Positions 31,030 through 41,207 of a stretch of 64,000 nt of DNA are shown here, piece by piece. Source of the stretch: an uncultured bacterium (GTDB lineage: Bacteria; Bacillota_I; Bacilli_A; RFN20; CAG-826); NCBI GenBank assembly GCA_949297305.1, contig CASFSG010000068.1, forward strand, positions 19,833-83,832, given 5' to 3'. The translations under genes were made by a program, and so were the position numbers. How positions within the stretch are numbered: the first letter of the stretch is position 1; every line of letters begins with the position of its first letter. The notes under the pieces were generated by a model. That model ran no database searches, was not told the DNA's origin, and saw only the letters and a list, made by a program, of their open reading frames with translations.

Positions 31030-32673
31030 ATGAAATTTAAAGTCACGTATTTTAATAAGACTGAAGAATATGAAAAGAAAGTTAAACTACTAGATTTATT
31101 ATCTCAAGATAATAAAGAATATATTTGCGCGCGTGTTAATAATCGCGTTCGCGAATTAAATTACGAAGTCTATTATGACGCTAATATTGAATTTTTAACG
31201 GTCAAAGATAGCGATGCTACAAAAATTTATGAAGCGTCGTTAAGATATTTAATCGCAATGGTCTTCCACCGTCTTTATCCAGAACTCAATATACGCTTTT
31301 GTTATAATGTTTCGCGTTCAGTATTCATTCAATTTCTCAATAAGAAGGTTAAAGTTGATCAAAAGATGGTAAATGCTATCACCGATGAAGCAAATAAACT
31401 CATCGCTTTAGACTTGCCATTCAAGCGCTTTGTCGTCACCAAAGAAGAAGCAGCGGAAATTTACAAAGAAAGAAAATTAATTGACAAATTAAATATCTTA
31501 CCCTATCGTCCAGAAAAAACTGTTCACCTATATGATTGTGAAGGTTATCTCAATTATATGTTCTCTCATATGGTTCCTTCGACAGGCTATTTAAAAAACT
31601 TTAAACTGCGTTTATATTCTCCGGGTATCTTACTACAATATCCACGCGCTGAATGTGGCGGTATAATACCACCATTTGATGATGCGCCGATATTTGGCCG
31701 CACTTTAAAGGAAGTTCATAAATGGGCAGTTACGACGGGAGCAGATACCGTCAGCGGCATCAACGAACGCATTAAAGAAGATGGCGAAATTGAATTTTTA
31801 AATGTTTGCGAGGCTCGCCATAATAAAATGTTTGTTGAGCTTGGCGATCGTATCTATCACGATATTTCTGATGTCCGCTTAATTTGTATTGCTGGTCCTT
31901 CTAGTTCAGGGAAGACAACATTTGCTAACCGATTGAGAGTTGAATTAATTTCTCGCGGAATTCGTCCGATTCGCATTTCGATTGATGACTATTATTTGCC
32001 GCGACAAGAAGCACCATTAGATGAAGATGGAAAGCCGGATTTAGAATCGATAGAGGCTCTCGACATCGATTTATTTAACCAAAATATTTTAGATTTAATT
32101 TCTGGTGATGAAGTTCAACTTCCTCACTACGATTTTAAACTAGGTAAAAGAGTCCCCGGTCGCATCTTGAAAGTCCAAGAAGATCAGCCGATTATTATTG
32201 AAGGCATTCACGCCTTAAATGAACGTTTAACTAATTTAATTCCAAAACATCAAAAATATAAAATTTATATTGCTCCTTCCGCCCAAATTAATTTAGATAA
32301 TCATAATCCAATTTCTTTGACTGATTTAAGGCTTTTACGCCGCATTGTCCGCGATTATAAATTCCGTAACGCCTCCGCCGAAGAAACAATAGGAATGTGG
32401 CCAAGTGTTCGTCGAGGAGAATTCAAATGGATTTATGACACCCAAGAAGACGCTGATTTCGTCTTTAACTCCATGCTTTCTTATGAACTACCAGTGATGA
32501 AAAAATACGCCTTGCCATTACTAAGTAAAATTGACAAAGAAAGCGAATACTTTCCAACCGCCGAAAGATTAATTCGCATGTTAAAATATTTTATCGATAT
32601 GCAAGATGAATGGGTGCCATGCAACTCACTTATCCGCGAATTTATTGGCGGTTCTTGCTATGAAGGTTCATAA
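31030..32673 (+). CDS. uridine kinase-family nucleoside kinase with N-terminal TGS/ThrRS-like domains
   Basis: P-loop AGPSSSGKTTFANRL in the C-terminal half, with 547-aa architecture as in the clostridial udk-like proteins. Confidence 0.7.
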   Translation: MKFKVTYFNKTEEYEKKVKLLDLLSQDNKEYICARVNNRVRELNYEVYYDANIEFLTVKDSDATKIYEASLRYLIAMVFHRLYPELNIRFCYNVSRSVFIQFLNKKVKVDQKMVNAITDEANKLIALDLPFKRFVVTKEEAAEIYKERKLIDKLNILPYRPEKTVHLYDCEGYLNYMFSHMVPSTGYLKNFKLRLYSPGILLQYPRAECGGIIPPFDDAPIFGRTLKEVHKWAVTTGADTVSGINERIKEDGEIEFLNVCEARHNKMFVELGDRIYHDISDVRLICIAGPSSSGKTTFANRLRVELISRGIRPIRISIDDYYLPRQEAPLDEDGKPDLESIEALDIDLFNQNILDLISGDEVQLPHYDFKLGKRVPGRILKVQEDQPIIIEGIHALNERLTNLIPKHQKYKIYIAPSAQINLDNHNPISLTDLRLLRRIVRDYKFRNASAEETIGMWPSVRRGEFKWIYDTQEDADFVFNSMLSYELPVMKKYALPLLSKIDKESEYFPTAERLIRMLKYFIDMQDEWVPCNSLIREFIGGSCYEGS

Positions 32674-32701
32674 ATCCAAAAATTATTAGCTAATTAAACA
32701 T

Positions 32702-32724
32702 CCCGCTTTAACAGCGGGGTTTTT
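32702..32724 (+). terminator. rho-independent terminator shared by convergent genes
   Basis: CCCGCT-TTAAC-AGCGGG hairpin followed by GTTTTTC. Confidence 0.7.
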
Positions 32725-32734
32725 CTTCTTTTCG

Positions 32735-33853
32735 CTATGATTTCTTTTGGTTTATTTCTTTAAAAACTGCTAATTCTTTTTGGTGGATAAGAATCAATTC
32801 TTGCAAGTATTCTTTTCGCATCAAGGAATAATATTTAATTTCTTCTGATGACGATTTTTTCTGATAAATGCCATAAAACATCTCTTCCATACGGAAAAAA
32901 GTTTCGTAAACATTTAACAATGTAAAATGGTAAAAATAATTTTGTCTAGAATAAAAAAGAATAGGAGAGCTATGGGCGATTTCACTTGCCATTTCATAAG
33001 TTTTCGCATAGTTATTCAGTTTGGCAAACTTTTCCACTCCATCGCGAAAATTCAACTTAATATTTTCATCTAAACCATTATCCTTAATAGCATACAAATA
33101 ACCATATTCGATAAATTTTTTCATGTCTTTGCTCTTTAAATTATGGCTAGACATCTTCGCTTTAATTTCTTGGAAGATTTTATCAGTTTCTTCTTGATTA
33201 GATAGCCCGCCACGAAAAGCAATTGCATATTGCATGTGTCTTAAATATGCTTCAATAACCTCTCCTTGATATGCATATAAAATTTTTAAAATGCATTCGG
33301 TTTCATGGAGGGTTCGCCACGTTGAAAATGCTTCAGTGGCAAAACCATTGATAATTAAGTCTAACATCGCTTTCATCATCAAAAAGCCTTTTTGCATGAT
33401 ATCGATAAGCAAAGTATCTTTAGGGTTTTTTAAAGAGTACTTTTTTAATACGCCTAAAAGAAAATTTAAAAAAAGCGTTAATGTCGATACTTCTGGTAAA
33501 TATTTTGAAACTGCCCCTTCATTTTTAAATGAAAAATATTCATTAGTAAAATACTTATCTAAAGAAGACGAGATTATTTTATTTTTCACTTCTTCACGCT
33601 TGAAAAAATTATCATCATAATTTTTAATTGACTTTAAAAAAGCGTATTCGTGAGTAAGATATAAAATTAACACGACGGGGTTAAGGGGGATATATCGCCC
33701 TAGTAATTTTTGGGCGATGATTTCTTTAGCGGAAGTTGAAGCATCAACATATAAATCATATAAATAATCAATGTTAAACCATTCGCGAAAGCGCAGCTGC
33801 TTTCCTAGATTAATAAATTGCTCTTTACTTAGGATAATAATGTTATTATTCAT
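32735..33853 (-). CDS. hypothetical protein, all-helical, unknown function
   Basis: 372-aa ORF whose ATG directly abuts the glpK stop (TAAATG); no motif recognised. Confidence 0.4.
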   Translation of the reverse strand: MNNNIIILSKEQFINLGKQLRFREWFNIDYLYDLYVDASTSAKEIIAQKLLGRYIPLNPVVLILYLTHEYAFLKSIKNYDDNFFKREEVKNKIISSSLDKYFTNEYFSFKNEGAVSKYLPEVSTLTLFLNFLLGVLKKYSLKNPKDTLLIDIMQKGFLMMKAMLDLIINGFATEAFSTWRTLHETECILKILYAYQGEVIEAYLRHMQYAIAFRGGLSNQEETDKIFQEIKAKMSSHNLKSKDMKKFIEYGYLYAIKDNGLDENIKLNFRDGVEKFAKLNNYAKTYEMASEIAHSSPILFYSRQNYFYHFTLLNVYETFFRMEEMFYGIYQKKSSSEEIKYYSLMRKEYLQELILIHQKELAVFKEINQKKS

Positions 33854-35329
33854 TTACTTAAAAGTTTGTGTAGCTTTAATTGCTAATAACCATAAATCAT
33901 AACGCCTTTTAATTTCCTCCTTAGACATTTTAGGCGTGTACGTTTTAGCAATTTTATTTAGCGAAACTATTTCTTTAATATCGCGATAAAAATGTGAACT
34001 TAATCCCGCTAAATAACTCGCGCCTAAAGAAGTTGTTTCTAAAGAGGTTGGCTTTAGGATTTTTGCCCCTAAAATATCGCTTTGAAATTGCATTAACACA
34101 TCGTTCGCGGTCGCTCCACCGTCAACTCTTAGTTCCTTAATATCAATTCCAGCATCTTTCTTCATCACCTCGATGACATCTTTGCTTTCAAAAGCAATCG
34201 CCTCTAAAGTCGCACGAGCAATGTGGGCTTTTTTTGTCGCTCGCGTTAACCCAAAGATTGCTCCTTTAACATCATCGTCCCAATAAGGTGTCCCTAGTCC
34301 AACAAAAGAAGGAACTACCACAACACCTTCGCTATCATTTACTTCTAACGCTAAAGATTCGCTTTCATAGGCGTGTCGAATGATTTTTAAACCATCTCTT
34401 AGCCATTGAACAGCCGCCCCACCAACAAATACCGATCCTTCTAAAGCGTAGGTAATTTCATCTCCGATTTGCCAAGCAATTGTCGTCAATAAACCATTTT
34501 GCGAAGTAATAGGTGTCTTTCCAGTATTTAAGAGCATAAAACACCCCGTGCCATAAGTATTTTTAAAATCGCCTTTATTGAAACAATGTTGCCCAAATAA
34601 CGCCGCGTGTTGATCACCAGCTAAAGCATGGATATGCGTATAATCATTAAAATAAGAGGCAACGCCATAATCATAACTTGATGGTTTAACTTCAGGTAAA
34701 ATCGCACGCGGAATATCAAATAATTTTAATAAATCATCATCCCAACGGTGTTCATAAATATTATATAAGAGAGTTCTAGAAGCGTTTGTAATGTCAGTAT
34801 TATGAACTTTTCCATTGCTAAGACGATACAAAATCCATGAATCGATCGTTCCAAATAGAATTTCTCCTCGCTTAGCTCTTTCTTTGACTGAGGGAACATT
34901 TTCAAAGATATAAATAATTTTAGAAGCGCTAAAATAGGGGTTAATTAATAGGCCAGTTTTAGCTTGAATATATTCTTTTTTATCTTCATAACGCGCACAG
35001 ATATCAGCAGATTGTCGCGATTGCCAAACAATCGCGTTATAAACGGGCTTACCACTATCTTTTTCCCACATGACAGTCGTTTCCCTTTGATTAGTTAAAG
35101 CAATCGAATCAATTTGAGTAAAATCGATATTCGCCTTAATAAGGACTTCGTTAATAACATCGACGACACTTATCCAAATCTCAATCGCGTTTGATTCAAC
35201 ATAGCCAGATTTAGGAAAGAGGCATTTAACTTCTCTCATCGCTTTAAAAGTAGCCTCGCCTTGGTGGTTATAAAGTAAAGCGCGCGTCGATGTCGTTCCT
35301 TGATCGATTGCTAAAATGTATTTCTCCAT
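33854..35329 (-). CDS. glpK: glycerol kinase
   Basis: AIDQGTTSTR N-terminus, TNQRETT, YGTGCF, DGGA blocks. Confidence 0.95.
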   Translation of the reverse strand: MEKYILAIDQGTTSTRALLYNHQGEATFKAMREVKCLFPKSGYVESNAIEIWISVVDVINEVLIKANIDFTQIDSIALTNQRETTVMWEKDSGKPVYNAIVWQSRQSADICARYEDKKEYIQAKTGLLINPYFSASKIIYIFENVPSVKERAKRGEILFGTIDSWILYRLSNGKVHNTDITNASRTLLYNIYEHRWDDDLLKLFDIPRAILPEVKPSSYDYGVASYFNDYTHIHALAGDQHAALFGQHCFNKGDFKNTYGTGCFMLLNTGKTPITSQNGLLTTIAWQIGDEITYALEGSVFVGGAAVQWLRDGLKIIRHAYESESLALEVNDSEGVVVVPSFVGLGTPYWDDDVKGAIFGLTRATKKAHIARATLEAIAFESKDVIEVMKKDAGIDIKELRVDGGATANDVLMQFQSDILGAKILKPTSLETTSLGASYLAGLSSHFYRDIKEIVSLNKIAKTYTPKMSKEEIKRRYDLWLLAIKATQTFK

Positions 35330-35401
35330 AAATCAATTATACAATAAATACAAAAAAGAGATAAATAGGAAAAAGTGCGATAAAAAAGATAAATAATAAA
35401 C

Positions 35402-36664
35402 TTATTTTGCGAGTAAAAATCTCTCAATATCGTCAACTTCTTTAATGATGTCTTGCGACAAATTTACCGAACCATTATTGGTAATTAAAACATCGTCTTC
35501 GATGCGAATACCTATTCCTAATGAAGCGATATATAAACCTGGCTCGCAGGTAATGACATTACCCTCTTCTAAAGGCATCTCGCGAAAAGAAGCATCATGG
35601 GTATCTAAGCCCAGATGGTGAGAAACATTATGATAATAGATTTGATTAATCTCGTTGATATCGCTAATTAAGCCAAGGGCAAAAGCTTCTTCAGCTAAAT
35701 AGTTTTTAGCAAAATCGTTGACTTCTTTTAAAGTTAACCCGGGACGCATGAATTTAATCGTCGCTTTATTGCATCCTAAAACAATGTTATAAATCTTCTT
35801 TTGTAATTCACTAAATTTTCCACTAATCGGATAGGTGCGAGAGATATCCCCACAATAATATTTATGTGCCGCGCCAACATCAAGTAAGACCAATTCGTTT
35901 GGCTTTAATAAATCATTACAAGCGACATAATGGAGAATTGTTGAATTTTTACCACTCGAAACGATACTAGGAAAAGCTAAAGAGGAATTCAAATCTTCTT
36001 TGACATGGAACTCAAAAACATTACGCATATTATATTCATAGCGACCCTCGCTTAATTCTTTCAACACGTTTTTTAAACCAACTTCGGTCGTTTTAATCGC
36101 TTCGACGATCATCTTAATTTCTTCCTTGCTTTTTTTCATGCGCATTTTAGTAATCAAAGGATAAATATCTAAAACGTTAAAACGCGCGGGATATTTTTCT
36201 AAAAGACGTTTTTTTAATTCGATGGTATCTAAATCTTTAGCAATCTTTAATTCGCTAGAGAGATCTAAATAAATGTTTCTAATTAAACCAAAATGAGAGC
36301 CATTTTCGTCGAAAATAGTTTCAATTTTTCCTTTAAGGGAATTGCGGAATAATACATTTTTAATCCCGGAGATATTTCGCGCTTCGATATCGGATAATTT
36401 AATACCAATCCATTTTTCCACTTTAGGGTCTTTTTCATCAATAAATAAAAATTCTTGCACTTCGAATTCTGTTTTAATGATTAATAAGACAGAATTTTCT
36501 TGGTCAATGCCAGTTAAATAATAAAAGTGGCGATTTATTTCAAAAGGATAAGTCGCATCTTCACTCGACTTTTTTGCCACTCCTCCAAAGATGATTGCAA
36601 CGCTATTATTTTCTAATTTTTTAATGAGGTTTTCTCTTCTAATAAGATATTCTTCTTTTTCCAT
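35402..36664 (-). CDS. pepP: Xaa-Pro aminopeptidase (M24B)
   Basis: Metal-ligand blocks LLDVGAAHKYYCGDISRT, HHLGLDTHD, EPGLY, IRIEDDVLIT. Confidence 0.8.
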   Translation of the reverse strand: MEKEEYLIRRENLIKKLENNSVAIIFGGVAKKSSEDATYPFEINRHFYYLTGIDQENSVLLIIKTEFEVQEFLFIDEKDPKVEKWIGIKLSDIEARNISGIKNVLFRNSLKGKIETIFDENGSHFGLIRNIYLDLSSELKIAKDLDTIELKKRLLEKYPARFNVLDIYPLITKMRMKKSKEEIKMIVEAIKTTEVGLKNVLKELSEGRYEYNMRNVFEFHVKEDLNSSLAFPSIVSSGKNSTILHYVACNDLLKPNELVLLDVGAAHKYYCGDISRTYPISGKFSELQKKIYNIVLGCNKATIKFMRPGLTLKEVNDFAKNYLAEEAFALGLISDINEINQIYYHNVSHHLGLDTHDASFREMPLEEGNVITCEPGLYIASLGIGIRIEDDVLITNNGSVNLSQDIIKEVDDIERFLLAK

Positions 36665-36717
36665 TTTCTTTTTTCCTTTACTAGTGATAATTCTATGCCT
36701 CGTAAATCTAGATGCAA

Positions 36718-37308
36718 CTAATTCCCATAATATTTTTTACCTAAATAAGAAATATTAAGATTAGGAAATTTATTTTTTAAATCAACGAGAAGATCGCTTA
36801 AAGAATAAATTTCAAGATGAATGAGGATGTCGTAACGGATGTTAATTGTAATTATTTGGTTTTTGACCAAGTAATTTTTTAAAACATGATAATCTTCATA
36901 AGTTGAGATGATTTGATAGTGATAATATTCTTGCTTCCTAATGATGGTCGCTAAATGAATTGCCTCTTTTGCAACTGTGCTATAAGTTCTCAATAAACGA
37001 GATGCTCCTAAAAGAATTCCCCCAAAATAGCGCACAACAATTACTAAGATTTCATCTAAGTGATTATTTTCTAATAACGCTAATAAAGGCTTACCAGCTG
37101 TCCCGCTAGGTTCTTTATCATCACTAAATCTTTTCTCTTGATGATAAATATAGGCATAGCAATAATGCTTAGCTTTGGGATAATCTATTTTCGCTTTATT
37201 TAAATAATAATTTACTTCTGATGGATTATTAATCTTAATTAATAAAGCGATGAATTCAGATTTTTCAATAGTTAATCGATGAACGACATTTTCTTTAATG
37301 ACAAACAC
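36718..37308 (-). CDS. yigZ: IMPACT/YigZ-family protein
   Basis: EKSEFIA, DDKEPSGTAGKPLL and VVRYFGGILLG blocks. Confidence 0.75.
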   Translation of the reverse strand: MFVIKENVVHRLTIEKSEFIALLIKINNPSEVNYYLNKAKIDYPKAKHYCYAYIYHQEKRFSDDKEPSGTAGKPLLALLENNHLDEILVIVVRYFGGILLGASRLLRTYSTVAKEAIHLATIIRKQEYYHYQIISTYEDYHVLKNYLVKNQIITINIRYDILIHLEIYSLSDLLVDLKNKFPNLNISYLGKKYYGN

Positions 37309-37327
37309 AATTAATTATAAAAATAAA

Positions 37328-39550
37328 TTAATCTAAAGATAAAGACTTGATTAAATCAGGAATATAATGTAGTTCTAAAATATAGTTTTTATTGACGATA
37401 AATGAACGAAAAATAAAATTATCATTTTCGTCAAAATAACCAACTATAGACTGAGTAACATGATCTAACAAAACATATTCACTTAAAGTATTATTTTCTA
37501 AAGTAACAATGTGATTACGGATGGTGTTTTCGATAGAGAAAGAACCATGTATATCACTATTAGTGTTGACATCACTACTATTAATTTCTTGGCTTGCCCC
37601 ATAACGATTCTCCCAAATCGAAGGGATATTACTATGTAAAACCATTCCAGTTTCTGCGTCATGATCTAATGTGATATCACTACCATATAGCTTTACAAAG
37701 AAGTCCGTGTGGCGATAGACATAAAAACTAAAACTGCCATTTTCATAAATTAATAAAAAGTCGAAGATATGATAATAAAGTTCACTTTTGACCGAAAAGA
37801 AATTTTGGCCATTAATATTAGATAATGAAAAATAATCAGCGTATGGAACAAACTCCTGCGTAGTCGATGAGCCTTGTTCGATTGGGACTAAGATACTATC
37901 AGTAGGTTCATTAAATGAAATACCCGAAATGTAATATTCTCCAAAACGAAGTTGAAATGATTTATTCACATCGTCACTTAAATCAATGTTTCGCACTAAA
38001 TAGGCGTAAGGCATATTAACTAAATTGGTATGGGAAAAATTCGCACTGGAAGGATAAACGCTTTCAATATAATCATTATAATTGCCGCTTGTATCTATTC
38101 CTTCAATAATTTTAATATCGGTGACTTTCTCAAACCCGATAACTAAAGGCGCTCGATTATTTCCCATATGTCCATGACTAGAATGCAAGCCATCACCTGA
38201 ATCACCGTAGGCTTTATTATACTTAATAATGTTTTTAGCACTTATAGAATCAAAATTATTAAAAGATAACTTATTATAAAATTCATCTAAATCGATATTT
38301 CTTTCGCGTACACTACAATTTTGACCATTATAACCAACCGCGATGTAAAAATTATATAACCCTTGGCCATATAGCTTTACAATATCTTCGCTAGGTATTT
38401 CAAATACATTATTATTCCATTCGTTTCCGCTATAATCATCTTTTTTCATCCAGTGGATGCTAATTTTTTTATTACTATCAAGTTGAACATTATACGAAAC
38501 TGCTAAGCTAATATTAGATATTACATGATTTTCATCAAACCAACCACCAGTTGTATAAGTAATATTTTCATGCGTTTCACCTGTAAAAACAAAGCGTTTG
38601 ATGTCTCTATCATCGTTAACTTTTATATTTATACGTGTACTGTCATTATTAGCATAAAAATCATAAGTTCCTTCTCCAACAAAATAAGGATATAAACGAA
38701 TAACGCCATCATCATCCGCATAGTTAGCGGGATTTTCTAAAATATCAAAAATACATTGATTATCACTATTTCTAAACATTGATTGAATGAGGCTATATCC
38801 ATCTTCTTGATCAACTGGCATCTCGCCATTAAGCAACTTATAGGTCCAACCAGCAAAATAATAAACATAATAGTTGCCAGGATCATTCATCGAACATAAT
38901 GGATCGACGATATATTGGTTATATAAATAGGATGATAACTGTTCAACACCTTCAAACTTAATTGGTAAAAAGCGGCCATCGTCAAGATTTTTATTAGGCC
39001 AATAACCGAAACGTTCTTGCCGATACATGTTTCGAGGATATCGACCTTCGCCGTAATTGTTATACTGGCTGTTAATTTTTTCTTCATCTACTACCCCATA
39101 ATCTCGTCCATTAATTTCCCATGATTTACCATAAATTGTATCAGGGTCATTTCTATCATTATAAGAGTTAACATAGTAATTAGGAGCAGTGCTTCTACTA
39201 CCGATAGCAAGCGATCTATCATAATAATCATTATTAGTATTACCGACTCGCGTTAAGCCACCACCATTATTATCCGCTAAAAGGTAGCCGTCATATTCTT
39301 CGGGCTTTTCACCGAATATGCTGGTGTCCATATATAGTAAAGAAGGAAAAAAATAAATATCGTAAGTCGGCATGTCAACTTTTGTTGAACTAGCAAAAGT
39401 ATAATTTTCAGCAATATCATCGATGCGCACATCAGTGTCGATAGTTGTCTCATCTTTCGTCGTTTCAAAATAAAACAAAGAATACGCGCTTAGAGGTAGC
39501 ATCATAAAGATTGGAACAATCAATAAATACTTCAATAATCTTTTCTTCAT
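37328..39550 (-). CDS. large secreted Tyr/Asn/Asp-rich protein with a SipW-class-like signal; fourth gene of the SipW operon
   Basis: 740 aa. N-terminus MKKRLLKYLLIVPIFMMLPLSAYSLFYFETT. Its ATG directly follows the TAG of the upstream gene. No known domain recognised. Confidence 0.6.
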   Translation of the reverse strand: MKKRLLKYLLIVPIFMMLPLSAYSLFYFETTKDETTIDTDVRIDDIAENYTFASSTKVDMPTYDIYFFPSLLYMDTSIFGEKPEEYDGYLLADNNGGGLTRVGNTNNDYYDRSLAIGSRSTAPNYYVNSYNDRNDPDTIYGKSWEINGRDYGVVDEEKINSQYNNYGEGRYPRNMYRQERFGYWPNKNLDDGRFLPIKFEGVEQLSSYLYNQYIVDPLCSMNDPGNYYVYYFAGWTYKLLNGEMPVDQEDGYSLIQSMFRNSDNQCIFDILENPANYADDDGVIRLYPYFVGEGTYDFYANNDSTRINIKVNDDRDIKRFVFTGETHENITYTTGGWFDENHVISNISLAVSYNVQLDSNKKISIHWMKKDDYSGNEWNNNVFEIPSEDIVKLYGQGLYNFYIAVGYNGQNCSVRERNIDLDEFYNKLSFNNFDSISAKNIIKYNKAYGDSGDGLHSSHGHMGNNRAPLVIGFEKVTDIKIIEGIDTSGNYNDYIESVYPSSANFSHTNLVNMPYAYLVRNIDLSDDVNKSFQLRFGEYYISGISFNEPTDSILVPIEQGSSTTQEFVPYADYFSLSNINGQNFFSVKSELYYHIFDFLLIYENGSFSFYVYRHTDFFVKLYGSDITLDHDAETGMVLHSNIPSIWENRYGASQEINSSDVNTNSDIHGSFSIENTIRNHIVTLENNTLSEYVLLDHVTQSIVGYFDENDNFIFRSFIVNKNYILELHYIPDLIKSLSLD

Positions 39551-40207
39551 CTAAATGACCTCAACATAAGCTTCAATAGTCACAAAATGATTTGAAGTAT
39601 TTAAAGAAGCGACCAAAGCTTTATAACTATCTATATCGTGGGGCTTAACTTCCATAGAAGCGTATTGAAAATAATCGAGAAGATTGATTGTTAATGTCAT
39701 TGTATTAGGATCGTATTCTTCGCCAAAACTAGTAAACGATATCGCCTCATTAGGGTCATTTTCATCAACGAGGGAATTATATAAACTAGTCGTAGTGATG
39801 ATTGGTGAACCATCAATTTCAAAACCATTAATAATAAATCTTATTTTTAAATTATATTGGTAAGTGGCAAACTCTTCAGAAGGAAGAAATTGGATGCTGA
39901 ATTGATTTAATAAGGATAAACCAAAATAACCATCCATATCGATGATATTTTCATCATATATTTTTTGATAGAAATTCAAGCCATCGCTTAACGAAGAGGG
40001 GTTATTTCCTTCTTCAAAGATAATAAAATTGGGAGCATCGATAAGAAAATCACCAAAATTACCAAGGCCTTTCAAATCGACATTTACATTAAAAGAAGCT
40101 TCTATGTTATCTGAGGCACCATCGATAAAAAACCAGCTGCTTAAACCAGCGCCTACAAGAGTAATTGTTCCGCCTACCCCAATTAATAATGACGATAATT
40201 TGAACAT
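39551..40207 (-). CDS. TasA/camelysin-sized secreted protein with a SipW-cognate-type signal peptide (minor subunit candidate)
   Basis: 218 aa. N-terminus MFKLSSLLIGVGGTITLVGAGLSSWFFIDGASD. The start shares one base with the sipW stop (TAATG). Confidence 0.6.
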   Translation of the reverse strand: MFKLSSLLIGVGGTITLVGAGLSSWFFIDGASDNIEASFNVNVDLKGLGNFGDFLIDAPNFIIFEEGNNPSSLSDGLNFYQKIYDENIIDMDGYFGLSLLNQFSIQFLPSEEFATYQYNLKIRFIINGFEIDGSPIITTTSLYNSLVDENDPNEAISFTSFGEEYDPNTMTLTINLLDYFQYASMEVKPHDIDSYKALVASLNTSNHFVTIEAYVEVI

Positions 40208-41151
40208 TAATTTATTTGCTCCTTGTCAAGTTTTGTAGCTAAATATTTTAGACGTTTTGAATAATCGCGGTCGATCAATTCTTCCTGCACTTCTAAATTG
40301 ACAAGAAACACCAAGGCAAGTGTCATCGCAATGATGCCAATATTAGATTGTAAATAAGTGATCATCGCACCCCAAAAGAGGCTTTGATAACCATCATAAA
40401 TTCCGATGACATTATCAAACGAGACACCTTTTTCAAAAGAATATGAGCCATTATTCGCATCACCTTTAAAAGTTAAAAGGATTTCGCCATCACTACCTTC
40501 GTTTTTCTCAATCAAACGATGAACATAAATTAAATCATTAGCCTTAAAAGCTACAACATCATAAATATTTAACTCATCAACACTAGTAACGCGCTTAACA
40601 TTAATTAAGGCATATTGTTCAATTTGATTATCTAAATTATTTTCTTGAATGTAAGTATTTTCTTTATGAACAACCGACATCGAAGGTGTTTTGATAGTCA
40701 AATAGGTCGTATCATTAATAAAGAGCATATCGCCATTCACGCGATAAGTAATGGAAGTAATCATCAAAGCGATAATAAAAGCAGCAAAGACACCATAAAG
40801 GGATAAAAATACAATCTTTGATATTTTGGATATTTTCTCCTTTTTAGCGATTAGTTCAAGGTAAGAAGCAGGTTTCTCGCTTTGAATAGTCTCCTTACTT
40901 TCAACTTTAATAGCAGAATTTTTATTCGTTAAATTATTCCACCAAACGCTAAGTTTGATAGGATTATCGACTTTAGAATGTTTTTTGCCAGTTAAATCAT
41001 CGATGAGCTTTTGGTCTTCGTGACCATTTTTAATATGTTCTCTTTTATATTTTGCATAGACAAAATAAAGCAAAGAAAAAGTCACAGTCATCGCAATGAT
41101 GACAGTGATGGAAACAAAGAAAGCAATTCTAATTAAATTCTCATTACTCAT
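40207..41151 (-). CDS. sipW: ER/archaeal-type (S26B) signal peptidase I, SipW-like, with an N-terminal extension
   Basis: Blocks TPSMS (Ser), YDVVAF, VHRLIE (His), TFKGDANN, and a C-terminal TM helix. An extra ~130-aa N-terminal region has a TM helix plus a charged linker. ATG at 41151; the track ORF starts with TTG at 41163. Confidence 0.75.
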   Translation of the reverse strand: MSNENLIRIAFFVSITVIIAMTVTFSLLYFVYAKYKREHIKNGHEDQKLIDDLTGKKHSKVDNPIKLSVWWNNLTNKNSAIKVESKETIQSEKPASYLELIAKKEKISKISKIVFLSLYGVFAAFIIALMITSITYRVNGDMLFINDTTYLTIKTPSMSVVHKENTYIQENNLDNQIEQYALINVKRVTSVDELNIYDVVAFKANDLIYVHRLIEKNEGSDGEILLTFKGDANNGSYSFEKGVSFDNVIGIYDGYQSLFWGAMITYLQSNIGIIAMTLALVFLVNLEVQEELIDRDYSKRLKYLATKLDKEQIN

Positions 41152-41207
41152 CGCACGAAACAATAATTAATTATTAATAATAAATAGAGAGCTTACTTGA
41201 ACACTAA

